Of a DNA stretch of 20,000 nt, positions 1 through 8,704 are shown in pieces. The position numbers and the translations under genes are program-made. A model generated the notes under the pieces. That model did no database searches, was not told the DNA's origin, and worked only from the letters and a program-made list of their open reading frames with translations. Position 1 is the stretch's first letter. Every line of letters starts with the position of its first letter. Source of the DNA: an uncultured virus (IMG/VR IMGVR_UViG_3300042197_001183) (Duplodnaviria; Heunggongvirae; Uroviricota; Caudoviricetes); the IMG/VR virus record IMGVR_UViG_3300042197_001183. One strand, written 5' to 3'.

Positions 1-35
1 GTGGATTGATTGTTTAACAATTAGAACAATGATAA

Positions 36-1058
36 ATGTCTAAGGTACTTTTAGTAGATGGTGATAATTTACTTACAATCGGATTTTTTGCATTAAAAAA
101 TCATTTTTACAAAGGAGAACATATTGGTGGAATATATCATTTTATTAATACTATTCGTCTTTTTATTGATAAACATCATTTAGATAAGGTAGTTGTTTTT
201 TGGGATGGTGAAAATGGGTCACAAACCAGAAGAAGTTTTTATCACCAATACAAACAAAACAGAAGAGTAAGGATAAGAACAGAAGAAGAAGTAAATTCAT
301 ATGCTAAAGAACGAAATCGGATAAAACAATATTTGGAAGACCTCTATGTTAGACAAGGGGAATATGAAAATTGTGAAAGTGATGATTCAATTGCTTACTA
401 TGTTCAAAATTCACCAAATGAAAATAAAATAATATTTTCTGCGGATGGAGATTTGACTCAATTAGTATCTGAAAATACAAGATTGTATAACCCATCTCAT
501 GGTAGAATGTATCAACAAAACGATATGTTTACATATAAAGATGAAGAAATTCTTATTAAGAACATTAAATTGGTTAAAATGGTATGTGGGGATTCATCTG
601 ATAATATTGCAGGTATAAAAAGTTTAGGTATTTCAAAATTAGTAACAGCTGTTCCCGAATTAAAAGAGAGAGAATTAACGTTGGACTACATAAAAGAAAG
701 ATATAATCTTTTATTTGAAAACGATAAAAATAACAAATCAATTAAGAATTTATTAACCGGTGTTACTAAATTTGGTGTTTTGGGTGACGAGTTTTTTCAA
801 GTCAACGAAAGATTAGTTAATCTTGAAAACCCTTTTTTAACCGAAGACGCAAAGGAATCCGTAATTTTACTTGTAAATGACTACATGGATTCAGATGGTC
901 GTTCATATAAAAACACATTAAAAATGATGATTGAAGATGGTATATTTTCACTATTACCAAAATCAGATGATGCGTGGATTAAATTTTTAAATCCATTTTT
1001 AAGACTAACAAGAAAAGAAAAAAATAAAAAAACAATTAAAATTAAAACAAATGAATAA
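36..1058 (+). CDS. 5'-3' exonuclease / flap endonuclease (T4 RNase H / PolA N-terminal-like), 340 aa
   Basis: Family motifs LLVDGDNL, VFWDG, RRxxYxxYKxNR, ESDDSIA, SADGDLTQL and helix-3-turn-helix GDSSDNIAGIKSLG. Confidence 0.92.
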   Translation: MSKVLLVDGDNLLTIGFFALKNHFYKGEHIGGIYHFINTIRLFIDKHHLDKVVVFWDGENGSQTRRSFYHQYKQNRRVRIRTEEEVNSYAKERNRIKQYLEDLYVRQGEYENCESDDSIAYYVQNSPNENKIIFSADGDLTQLVSENTRLYNPSHGRMYQQNDMFTYKDEEILIKNIKLVKMVCGDSSDNIAGIKSLGISKLVTAVPELKERELTLDYIKERYNLLFENDKNNKSIKNLLTGVTKFGVLGDEFFQVNERLVNLENPFLTEDAKESVILLVNDYMDSDGRSYKNTLKMMIEDGIFSLLPKSDDAWIKFLNPFLRLTRKEKNKKTIKIKTNE

Positions 1059-1494
1059 TCAAGAACTATCAAAATTTGAATTTTTACTTACACTTGAAAA
1101 CAACATCGTGTGTCAAAGGTTTTTTAATGTAAAAGAATATAATCCTGAGATTCGACATTCTTTGGATTTGTATTATGTTGTAAAAAATATTTGTGAAGAA
1201 ATTAGTGATGATTTAAAAAGAAAAACTATGGACTATCTATATGATAATGTGGACTTTTTTCACGATTCAAACAATTTGGAATCACAAACAGATACAACAA
1301 ATGAGTCCTTCGTTTTAGAAATTAAGTTGGGTGATGAAGTATTTATCAGAAATATGTTTCCCGCCAATTATTATCACCCTAAGGTAAGATATACTGTAGA
1401 TATTCGTCCACACCTTAAAAGGTATTTGTCCGAATTAACAGGTATTTTATCATCTAAAAATTTGGAAACTACTTTTTTAAATTACGAACTATAA
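1051..1494 (+). CDS. hypothetical protein, 147 aa
   Basis: ORF overlaps the exonuclease end by 8 nt and fills the gap to the helicase; A-rich start context; no recognisable motif. Confidence 0.8.
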   Translation: MNNQELSKFEFLLTLENNIVCQRFFNVKEYNPEIRHSLDLYYVVKNICEEISDDLKRKTMDYLYDNVDFFHDSNNLESQTDTTNESFVLEIKLGDEVFIRNMFPANYYHPKVRYTVDIRPHLKRYLSELTGILSSKNLETTFLNYEL

Positions 1495-1507
1495 AATAAA
1501 ATAAATT

Positions 1508-2884
1508 ATGTCAGAAAAGAATTTTGGTTTTTTAGGTGCATCATTTCAACAAACATTATTAAAGGCGATTATTGAAAATAAAAAATATGGGGAACAAATT
1601 ATTGATGTAATTGAACATAAATATTTTGATAATACTTCGTTTAGGTATATTACAACACACATTAAAGAGTATTATAAAAAATATAACAGAATTCCTGACT
1701 ACCAAAGTTTATCACAGATGATTGTTAAGGAGTATGGTTCTCAAGAATTGGCGAGAGTTCATCTTGATACCATACAAGATTTAATGGATAACACCAAAGA
1801 AGACCCCATGGTCCAAGAGGAGGCGTTAAATTTTTGTAAGCAACAAAATCTTAAAAAAGAGATTAAACATGTAAACACCATTATTGAAAATGGTGCGTTT
1901 CAAGAATATCATAAAATTGAAGGGATAATACAGAAAGCTCTTAGAGTTGGGTTACCACCTGATGAAACTGTGGATGTGTTTCAAGACATTGACCGGGCCT
2001 TAGAAAAAGACAATAGATGTCCCATACCAACTGGTATTAGTGGTTTAGATAGTGCACTTAAAGGTGGTTTAGGTAAAGGTGAATTGGGTGTCGTATTGGC
2101 ACCGACAGGTACGGGAAAATCAACGTTATTAACTTTATTTGCTAATACAGCATATAATCAAGGATTCAATGTTCTTCAAATCTTCTTTGAAGATAGTACA
2201 GATGTAATTAAACGTAAACACTATACTATATGGTCAGGGGTATCACCGGATGAACAACCGGATAATAAAGAAGAAGTAAAAAATGCTGTTTTAGAAAAAA
2301 GTAAAAATAGTAAGGGGAGTCTTGATTTATTAAAACTACCAAGTGATTCTGTTACAATTTCTGAAATAAAAACAAGAGTCAGAAAAAGACTATCTGAAGG
2401 AAAAAAAATAGACTTATTAATAATTGACTATGTTGATTGTATATCACTAGAAAAATCACAATATGGAGAGGAATGGAAAGGTGAGGGTTCCGTAATGAGA
2501 AGTTTAGAATCAATGACAAATGAGTTTAATATGGTAATATGGACTGCTACCCAAGGTAATAGGGAATCCATTTCATCAGAAGTGGTTAATAGTGACCAGA
2601 TGGGTGGTTCCATTAAGAAAGCACAAATTGCTCATGTAATTTTATCAATAGGTAAAACGATTGAACAAAAAGACCATAAAATGGCAACAATGACCCTTCT
2701 TAAATCAAGGATTGGTAAGGATGGAATTATATGGCAAAATTGTAAATTTGACAATGAATATTTAATTATTGATACCGAGTCACAAACAACTCTTCTTGGG
2801 CATAAAGAAGAAAAACAAAAAGACAACGCCACGAGAGCAAAAGAAGCGTTTATTCGGAGAAATCAAATGTTGAATACAAATTAA
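1508..2884 (+). CDS. replicative DNA helicase, DnaB / T4 gp41-like (SF4), 458 aa
   Basis: IPTGISGLD; Walker A GELGVVLAPTGTGKS; Walker B LLIIDYVD; SF4 motifs IWTATQGNR, GGSIKK and LKSR. Confidence 0.93.
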   Translation: MSEKNFGFLGASFQQTLLKAIIENKKYGEQIIDVIEHKYFDNTSFRYITTHIKEYYKKYNRIPDYQSLSQMIVKEYGSQELARVHLDTIQDLMDNTKEDPMVQEEALNFCKQQNLKKEIKHVNTIIENGAFQEYHKIEGIIQKALRVGLPPDETVDVFQDIDRALEKDNRCPIPTGISGLDSALKGGLGKGELGVVLAPTGTGKSTLLTLFANTAYNQGFNVLQIFFEDSTDVIKRKHYTIWSGVSPDEQPDNKEEVKNAVLEKSKNSKGSLDLLKLPSDSVTISEIKTRVRKRLSEGKKIDLLIIDYVDCISLEKSQYGEEWKGEGSVMRSLESMTNEFNMVIWTATQGNRESISSEVVNSDQMGGSIKKAQIAHVILSIGKTIEQKDHKMATMTLLKSRIGKDGIIWQNCKFDNEYLIIDTESQTTLLGHKEEKQKDNATRAKEAFIRRNQMLNTN

Positions 2885-2899
2885 AAATTAAATAAAATT

Positions 2900-3877
2900 A
2901 TGAAAGAAAAGATTTTACAAGAAAATCCGGGACGCTTTGTCCTTTTCCCAATCGAATATCACGATATATGGAAACTCTATAAACAACAACAAGCTTGTTT
3001 TTGGACCGCAGAAGAAATCGATTTAAAAGACGATATATATGATTGGGAAAATAAATTAAATGAAGATGAACAACATTTCGTAAAACACGTATTGGCGTTT
3101 TTCGCGGCATCAGATGGGATAGTAAATGAAAATTTGGCTATGAATTTTGTTAACGAGGTTCAATATACTGAAGCCAAAATGTTTTATGGGTTTCAAATTA
3201 TGATGGAAAATATTCATAGTGAGACTTACTCGTTGTTGATTGATACTTACATTAAAGATAAACAAGAACAGAATAAATTATTCAACGCAATTGAAACAAT
3301 TCCCGCGATTAAAAAGAAAGCGGAGTGGGCCATAAAATGGATTAATTCTAATTCATTTGTTGAAAGGTTAATTGCATTTGCGGCTGTCGAGGGGATTTTC
3401 TTTTCTGGTTCGTTTTGTTCCATATTTTGGTTAAAAAAGAGAGGTTTAATGCCGGGTCTAACATTCTCAAACGAATTAATTTCAAGAGATGAAGGAATGC
3501 ATTGTGATTTTGCTTGTCACCTATATAATCAACATATCCAAAACAAATTATCTGAAAAGAAAATAAGGGAAATTATTTGCGGGGCATTAGAAGTTGAAAA
3601 GGAATTTATTCTTGAGGCATTACCTGTTAGATTAATCGGTATGAATTCTGACCTAATGTCTCAGTATTTGGAATTTGTAACGGACAGATTATTAGTTTCG
3701 TTAAATTGTTCTAAAGTATATAATGTTGAAAACCCATTTGATTTTATGCAAAATATTGCTCTTCAAGGTAAAACTAACTTCTTTGAAAAAAGAGTTGCTG
3801 AATATCAAAAAGCGGGAGTTAACAATAGTAGTTCTATTGAAGAAATGAATGGTTCATTTGATGATATTGATTTTTAA
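2900..3877 (+). CDS. nrdB: ribonucleoside-diphosphate reductase class Ia beta subunit, 325 aa
   Basis: [31 protein letters not shown] (radical Tyr), [29 protein letters not shown]. Confidence 0.97.
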   Translation: MKEKILQENPGRFVLFPIEYHDIWKLYKQQQACFWTAEEIDLKDDIYDWENKLNEDEQHFVKHVLAFFAASDGIVNENLAMNFVNEVQYTEAKMFYGFQIMMENIHSETYSLLIDTYIKDKQEQNKLFNAIETIPAIKKKAEWAIKWINSNSFVERLIAFAAVEGIFFSGSFCSIFWLKKRGLMPGLTFSNELISRDEGMHCDFACHLYNQHIQNKLSEKKIREIICGALEVEKEFILEALPVRLIGMNSDLMSQYLEFVTDRLLVSLNCSKVYNVENPFDFMQNIALQGKTNFFEKRVAEYQKAGVNNSSSIEEMNGSFDDIDF

Positions 3878-3890
3878 AATTTAAAAAAAT

Positions 3891-6800
3891 ATGAAAGTTA
3901 AAAAGAGAGATGGGTCATTAGAAGAAATGAGATATGACAAAATCACAAGAAGAATTCAAAATTTTTGTGACGATTTAAATCTTGAATATATTGACCCCAC
4001 ATGGATAACACTTAAAGTAACGCAAGGTATATACGATGGTATATCAACAACGGAATTAGATGTATTAGCAGCGGAGACCGCTGCCTCTCTTGTTACTTCT
4101 CATTCAGACTATGCAAAATTAGCTGGTAGATTGGCAGTATCTAATTTACACAAAACAACACCAAAGAAATTCTCTCAATCAATAAAAGAATTACATTCTT
4201 TTGTTGAACCAAAAACAAACAAAGAATCTTCGTTAATATCTAACGAAACATATTCATTTGTTCAACAATATAAAGATGTTTTAGATGGTGCCATTGTTCA
4301 AGAAAGAGATTTTGATTTTGATTATTTTGGTTTTAAGACATTAGAACGTTCATATCTATTGAAGATTGGTAATCGTATTGTTGAAAGACCGCAATACATG
4401 TATATGAGAGTTGCTGTTGGTATTTGTAATAACGACATTGAAAACGCTTTAAGGATTTATGATGATTTATCTCAACATTTTTATACCCACGCAACTCCAA
4501 CATTATTTAATGCGGGAACACATAGACCACAAATGTCATCCTGTTTTTTGATTGGTAATAAAGGTGATGATATTGATGGTTTATTTGACACAATAAAAGA
4601 TGTTGCAAAAATATCTAAATGGGCGGGTGGTATTGGTTTACATGTTCACGATGTAAGAGGTAAGGGTGCGTATATTAAAGGGACGGGTGGTGAGTCAGAT
4701 GGTTTATTACCGATGATGAAAACATACAACGAAGTTGCTCGCTGGATTAATCAATGTTTTACACCTGACACTTTATTATACACCAGTGAAGGTGTAAAAA
4801 GAATGGACGAATTACGAAATGGTGATTTAGTATTAACTAAAGAAAGAAAATATTCCGAAGTAGGTGAGGTTTTAGTTTATCACCAAAATGGTGGAATGAT
4901 TGAGATTGAAACCAAATCAACCTTAAAACCACTAAGGTTAACAGATTCACATCCGTTGTTTGGGTTTAAGAATACATATAGTAGAATATCTAGAGAAAAT
5001 AGTGAATTTCTTAATCAATTAGAAAAGGGTATTGTGACCCCTGATTGGATTGATAGTGGTGAATATAAAGTTGGTGATTTTATCGGTAAACCAATCCCAA
5101 AAGAAATTATTGATGTTGAAGATTTCACAGAAGACGACGCGTTTATTTATGGGTTATTATTGGGTGATGGTCACATTAGTAGAAAGGAAGTGGGTATATC
5201 ATTTAATAAAATAACTAACGAAAACGAAGTTAATTTTGTTAAAGACTATTTAACTAAAAAAGGTATAAATTTTTGGGAACACAGTTCAGATGAAAGACCA
5301 TATTTAAATGTGAGATTTTCATTATCTAAATTATCGTGGTTATCATATGAGTTACTTTATAATGATAAAAAAGAGAAAAGGATTCATTTAAAATATTCAC
5401 ATTTACCTTTAAATAAATCAATTAGAATTATTTTAGGGTTAATTAAATCGGACGGAGGTGTTTATAGAAAAAATGAAATACATTTCTATAACACTAGTGA
5501 ACTATTAATTGAAGGTATGTCATATCAAATACTTAGATTTGGCGTTCCAACATATGGGGAATGGAGGGTTAGAGAGAATAATAGTGTTTATTTAAAAGAA
5601 AATGGTTGTAATAAAGAAAATACCTTATCGTGTGATTTAAGAATACCATCATTCAAAGAATTATCTGATTTGTTGAATATTGAACAAGTGACTAAGAAAA
5701 ATTGGATAATATGGGATAATATTCTTTATACTAGAATCACAAGTATAAAAATGTTAGATGATTATGATGGAAAAGTCTACGATTTAAAAATTAAAGAAAA
5801 TAGCGATGACCCATCATATACTCTGACCAGTTGTTTAGTTCACAATGGGGGAAAAAGACGCGGTTCATTTGCTGTTTATCTCGAACCATGGCACTCAGAT
5901 GTATTTGAGTTTATTGAATTAAGAAAAAACCATGGAAAAGAAGAATTAAGAGCCAGAGATTTATTTTTAGCGATGTGGGTTCCTGATTTATTTATGAAAA
6001 GAGTGGAACAAGATTTAGATTGGTCATTATTTTCACCAGATGAAGCACATGGATTATCCGACGTGTACGATGACCCGTATTTGTTTACTCAAGAATTTAC
6101 TGAACTTTATGAAAGATATGAGAAGGAAGGTAGAGCAAGAAAAGTCGTAAAGGCTAGAAAATTAATGGATGCCATTTTGACCGCACAAATTGAAACGGGG
6201 GTACCTTATATGTTGTATAAAGATGCTGCTAATTACAAGTCAAACCAAAAGAACTTAGGTACAATTAAATCATCTAACTTGTGTATAACAGGTGACCAAA
6301 GAGTGGTGACAACAAAGGGTTACTTAACAGCTAAAGAATTGTGTGAAATGGATGTGGAATTAGAACTTTTTAATGGTTCTGAAATTGTCAAATCATCCAA
6401 AATGATTAAACGAGGTGAAAATGAAGATGTTTATAAAATAACATTAGAAAATGGTATGGAACATAAAGTAACACCATATCATGGAATACCTGTAATTGAC
6501 TCAAGAAATAATATAACACGTATTGAATGTAAGGATTTAAAAATAGGTGATAAAATACCAATACAAATTAATAAAGGATTGTTTGGTTCAAAAGAAATGG
6601 TAGATGAGTCCTTTTTATTGGGTTTATATCAATCAGATGGTACGCAAAACAAATCATCAATTTTATTTGATTTATGGGAAAATGATTTTGATTTAGTTGA
6701 AGAGATTGAAAACAAAATTCAAAAATTATATTCAAAATACGAGTATAAACCTAGATATTCAACTAAAGGTGGTAAATTTATAGATTGTGTTGTTTCATTT

Positions 6801-8492
6801 TCTAAAGTAAAGAAAAAAAGATTATCTAGTGAATTTTTTAAAAAAGAATTACTCTTTGAAAAGGGATATGTACCCGAATGGATTTGGTCTTCAAATGAAG
6901 AAACGCAATGGTCTTATTTGCGGGGTTTATTATTTGCTGATGGAACAGCTAATAAAAATAAATCAAAAGGAGAACCAATACAAATAAGTTATGCCGACAT
7001 AAATATTGATTTTTTAAAAGAACTTCAATTAATTTTTCAAAATTTAGGTCTTCAAACATCTATTAGATTGTTAAGAAATGGAGGTCAACGGTCATTACCA
7101 AATGGTAAAGGTGGATATTCACTATACAAAACAAAAGATTGTTATAGATTAATTGTTGGTAATAAAAATGACTCACAAAAAATAAATGAAAAAATAGGGT
7201 TTCTTGATAGAAAAAACATAATCATTGACAATCGTGAATTTCGGGATAATACGAAAAAGGGATATAAAGTAAAATCCATAGAATATGTGGGTAAAGAAGA
7301 TGTTTATTGTCCAACAATTTATAATGATGAACATATTTTTATTTCACAAGGATTAAAAACATTTAATTGCACTGAAATTCTAGAATTTTCTTCTTCAGAA
7401 GAACAAGCGGTTTGTAATTTAGCATCTATTGCTTTACCAAAATACATTGTTAATAAAGATTTTAGTCACGAGTTACTTTATGAATATGTATATCAAGTAG
7501 TAAAAAATTTGAACAATGTTATTGATTTGAATTTTTACCCAACAGACGAAACGAAACTTTCGAATATGAGACACAGACCAGTTGGTTTAGGTGTTCAAGG
7601 ATTGGCCGATGTTTTTTGTATATTGAAAATACCATTTGAAAGTGAAGAAGCGAATAAATTACAGGTTGAAATATTTGAAACAATGTATTTTGCAGCATTA
7701 TCATCGTCAAAAGATTTATCAAAAGAAAATGGACCATATTCATCTTATGAAGGTTCGCCAATTTCTAAAGGTAAATTTCAATATGAACTTTGGGGTAAAA
7801 AAGATGAAGACACTAGTGGTAGATGGGATTGGAAATTTTTAAGAAATGAGATTTTAAACCATGGTGTAAGAAATTCTCTTTTAATTGCCCCAATGCCAAC
7901 GGCATCTACCGCTCAAATTTTAGGTAATAACGAAGCCTTTGAACCTTTTACCTCTAATCTCTATTCAAGAAGAACATTGGGTGGTGAATTTATTGTAATC
8001 AATAAACATTTGGTTAATGAATTATTAGAAAGAGGGTTATGGTCTGACGATATAAAGAAAAAACTAATAATGGAAAATGGTTCAGTACAAAACATACCAG
8101 AAATTCCTGTTGATGTAAAAGAAATTTATAAAACTGTTTGGGAGATGTCACAAAAAAGAATTTTAACAATGGCAGCTAACAGGTCAATTTATATTGACCA
8201 ATCCCAGTCATTAAATTTATTTATCGATAATGCTAGTAAAACAAAAGTTATGGCCGCTCATTTATATGGTTGGAAACTTGGATTAAAAACGGGTATGTAC
8301 TATCTTAGAACTAAGGCAGCCGTTGACCCAATTAAGGGTTTGGGTATTGATACTTCGTCTTCAAAACCAAATGTTGAAAATCATACAAACAATGTTAAAG
8401 AACAAAATTTAACAAGTAATTATGTTGAAGAAATGGTTTTATCGATTAAACCAAATGATTCACCATTTGAATGTGAAGGTTGTGGTTCATAA
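3891..8492 (+). CDS. nrdA: ribonucleoside-diphosphate reductase class Ia alpha subunit; 1533-aa precursor with two inteins (807 aa if both are removed)
   Basis: N-terminal ATP cone (VKKRDG), ATPTLFNAG, QMSSCFL, NL|CTEI catalytic motif, AVCNLAS, APMPTASTAQ, GMYYLRT, C-terminal CEGC. Confidence 0.97.
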   Translation: MKVKKRDGSLEEMRYDKITRRIQNFCDDLNLEYIDPTWITLKVTQGIYDGISTTELDVLAAETAASLVTSHSDYAKLAGRLAVSNLHKTTPKKFSQSIKELHSFVEPKTNKESSLISNETYSFVQQYKDVLDGAIVQERDFDFDYFGFKTLERSYLLKIGNRIVERPQYMYMRVAVGICNNDIENALRIYDDLSQHFYTHATPTLFNAGTHRPQMSSCFLIGNKGDDIDGLFDTIKDVAKISKWAGGIGLHVHDVRGKGAYIKGTGGESDGLLPMMKTYNEVARWINQCFTPDTLLYTSEGVKRMDELRNGDLVLTKERKYSEVGEVLVYHQNGGMIEIETKSTLKPLRLTDSHPLFGFKNTYSRISRENSEFLNQLEKGIVTPDWIDSGEYKVGDFIGKPIPKEIIDVEDFTEDDAFIYGLLLGDGHISRKEVGISFNKITNENEVNFVKDYLTKKGINFWEHSSDERPYLNVRFSLSKLSWLSYELLYNDKKEKRIHLKYSHLPLNKSIRIILGLIKSDGGVYRKNEIHFYNTSELLIEGMSYQILRFGVPTYGEWRVRENNSVYLKENGCNKENTLSCDLRIPSFKELSDLLNIEQVTKKNWIIWDNILYTRITSIKMLDDYDGKVYDLKIKENSDDPSYTLTSCLVHNGGKRRGSFAVYLEPWHSDVFEFIELRKNHGKEELRARDLFLAMWVPDLFMKRVEQDLDWSLFSPDEAHGLSDVYDDPYLFTQEFTELYERYEKEGRARKVVKARKLMDAILTAQIETGVPYMLYKDAANYKSNQKNLGTIKSSNLCITGDQRVVTTKGYLTAKELCEMDVELELFNGSEIVKSSKMIKRGENEDVYKITLENGMEHKVTPYHGIPVIDSRNNITRIECKDLKIGDKIPIQINKGLFGSKEMVDESFLLGLYQSDGTQNKSSILFDLWENDFDLVEEIENKIQKLYSKYEYKPRYSTKGGKFIDCVVSFSKVKKKRLSSEFFKKELLFEKGYVPEWIWSSNEETQWSYLRGLLFADGTANKNKSKGEPIQISYADINIDFLKELQLIFQNLGLQTSIRLLRNGGQRSLPNGKGGYSLYKTKDCYRLIVGNKNDSQKINEKIGFLDRKNIIIDNREFRDNTKKGYKVKSIEYVGKEDVYCPTIYNDEHIFISQGLKTFNCTEILEFSSSEEQAVCNLASIALPKYIVNKDFSHELLYEYVYQVVKNLNNVIDLNFYPTDETKLSNMRHRPVGLGVQGLADVFCILKIPFESEEANKLQVEIFETMYFAALSSSKDLSKENGPYSSYEGSPISKGKFQYELWGKKDEDTSGRWDWKFLRNEILNHGVRNSLLIAPMPTASTAQILGNNEAFEPFTSNLYSRRTLGGEFIVINKHLVNELLERGLWSDDIKKKLIMENGSVQNIPEIPVDVKEIYKTVWEMSQKRILTMAANRSIYIDQSQSLNLFIDNASKTKVMAAHLYGWKLGLKTGMYYLRTKAAVDPIKGLGIDTSSSKPNVENHTNNVKEQNLTSNYVEEMVLSIKPNDSPFECEGCGS
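4755..5846 (+). mobile_element. intein 1 in NrdA (C289-N652, 364 aa) with LAGLIDADG homing endonuclease; +1 residue is Gly
   Basis: Starts CFTPDTLL; block B LTDSHPLF; LAGLIDADG helices YGLLLGDG and LGLIKSDG; block F KVYDLKI; ends LVHN. Removal restores RWINQ-GGKRRGSFAVYLEPWH. Confidence 0.93.
6282..7367 (+). mobile_element. intein 2 in NrdA (C798-N1159, 362 aa) with LAGLIDADG homing endonuclease; +1 is the catalytic Cys
   Basis: Starts CITGDQRV; block B VTPYHGI; LAGLIDADG helices LGLYQSDG and LRGLLFADG; block F DVYCPT; ends KTFN. Removal restores KSSNL-CTEI. Confidence 0.95.
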
Positions 8493-8501
8493 GAACAATC
8501 G

Positions 8502-8579
8502 TGGGTGACCCCCTTAATAGTCAAGGATAACCTTGAGCACCTAATCGTTTAGTCATACAGGGGGTGAAAACTAAACGAT
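8502..8579 (+). ncRNA. candidate structured RNA with pseudoknot, family unassigned (strand inferred)
   Basis: TGGGTG 8502-8507 / CACCTA 8538-8543; TCAAGG 8521-8526 / CCTTGA 8531-8536; ATCGTTTAGT 8544-8553 / ACTAAACGAT 8570-8579; ACCCCCT 8508-8514 / AGGGGGT 8559-8565 in the loop of the last stem. Confidence 0.6.
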
Positions 8580-8583
8580 ATAT

Positions 8584-8614
8584 AATCCCATCGAATTCTC
8601 GATGGGATTTTTTT
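8584..8614 (+). terminator. intrinsic (rho-independent) terminator closing the replication/RNR unit
   Basis: 11-bp perfect stem AATCCCATCGA (8584-8594), loop ATTC, TCGATGGGATT (8599-8609), running into a T7 tract at 8608-8614. Confidence 0.88.
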
Positions 8615-8656
8615 ATATGTATAATACATGAAAAAATTTTTTGGTCTAATGGTTAT

Positions 8657-8685
8657 TTTGATTGTTTAATGTGAACTTAGATTTG
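8657..8685 (+). promoter_or_regulatory. possible Bacteroidota-type housekeeping promoter (-33 TTTG / -7 TAnnTTTG)
   Basis: TTTG 8657-8660, 17-nt spacer, TAGATTTG 8678-8685, upstream of the gp25-like gene. The spacer is shorter than the usual 19-21 nt. Confidence 0.35.
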
Positions 8686-8696
8686 GTCTTTCGCTA

Positions 8697-8704
8697 TATT
8701 TATA
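8697..8704 (+). promoter_or_regulatory. TATTTATA motif, putative phage late promoter
   Basis: 3 nt before the ATG at 8708; the same octamer precedes genes at 11044 and 19457. Confidence 0.5.

Noticed and set aside
4740..5861. Rare CGC Arg codons on both flanks of intein 1 as a homing co-conversion tract
   Set aside because: Only two codons, and CGC also occurs in nrdB; not supportable without relatives to compare.
2900..8492. Eukaryotic or giant-virus origin suggested by the eukaryote-like RNR
   Set aside because: gp25/gp6 baseplate genes, an SF4 helicase, overlapping operonic genes and an intrinsic terminator indicate a bacteriophage.
8490..8552. Stop-codon read-through signal (TAA, 9-nt spacer, pseudoknot) extending NrdA
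   Set aside because: Read-through would add only 19 residues before a TAG and would displace the C-terminal CxxC tail that normally ends NrdA.
8552..8570. Hammerhead-like words (CTGTATGA on the minus strand, GAAA on the plus strand)
   Set aside because: They are on opposite strands and do not form the CUGANGA...GAAA...UH three-way junction.
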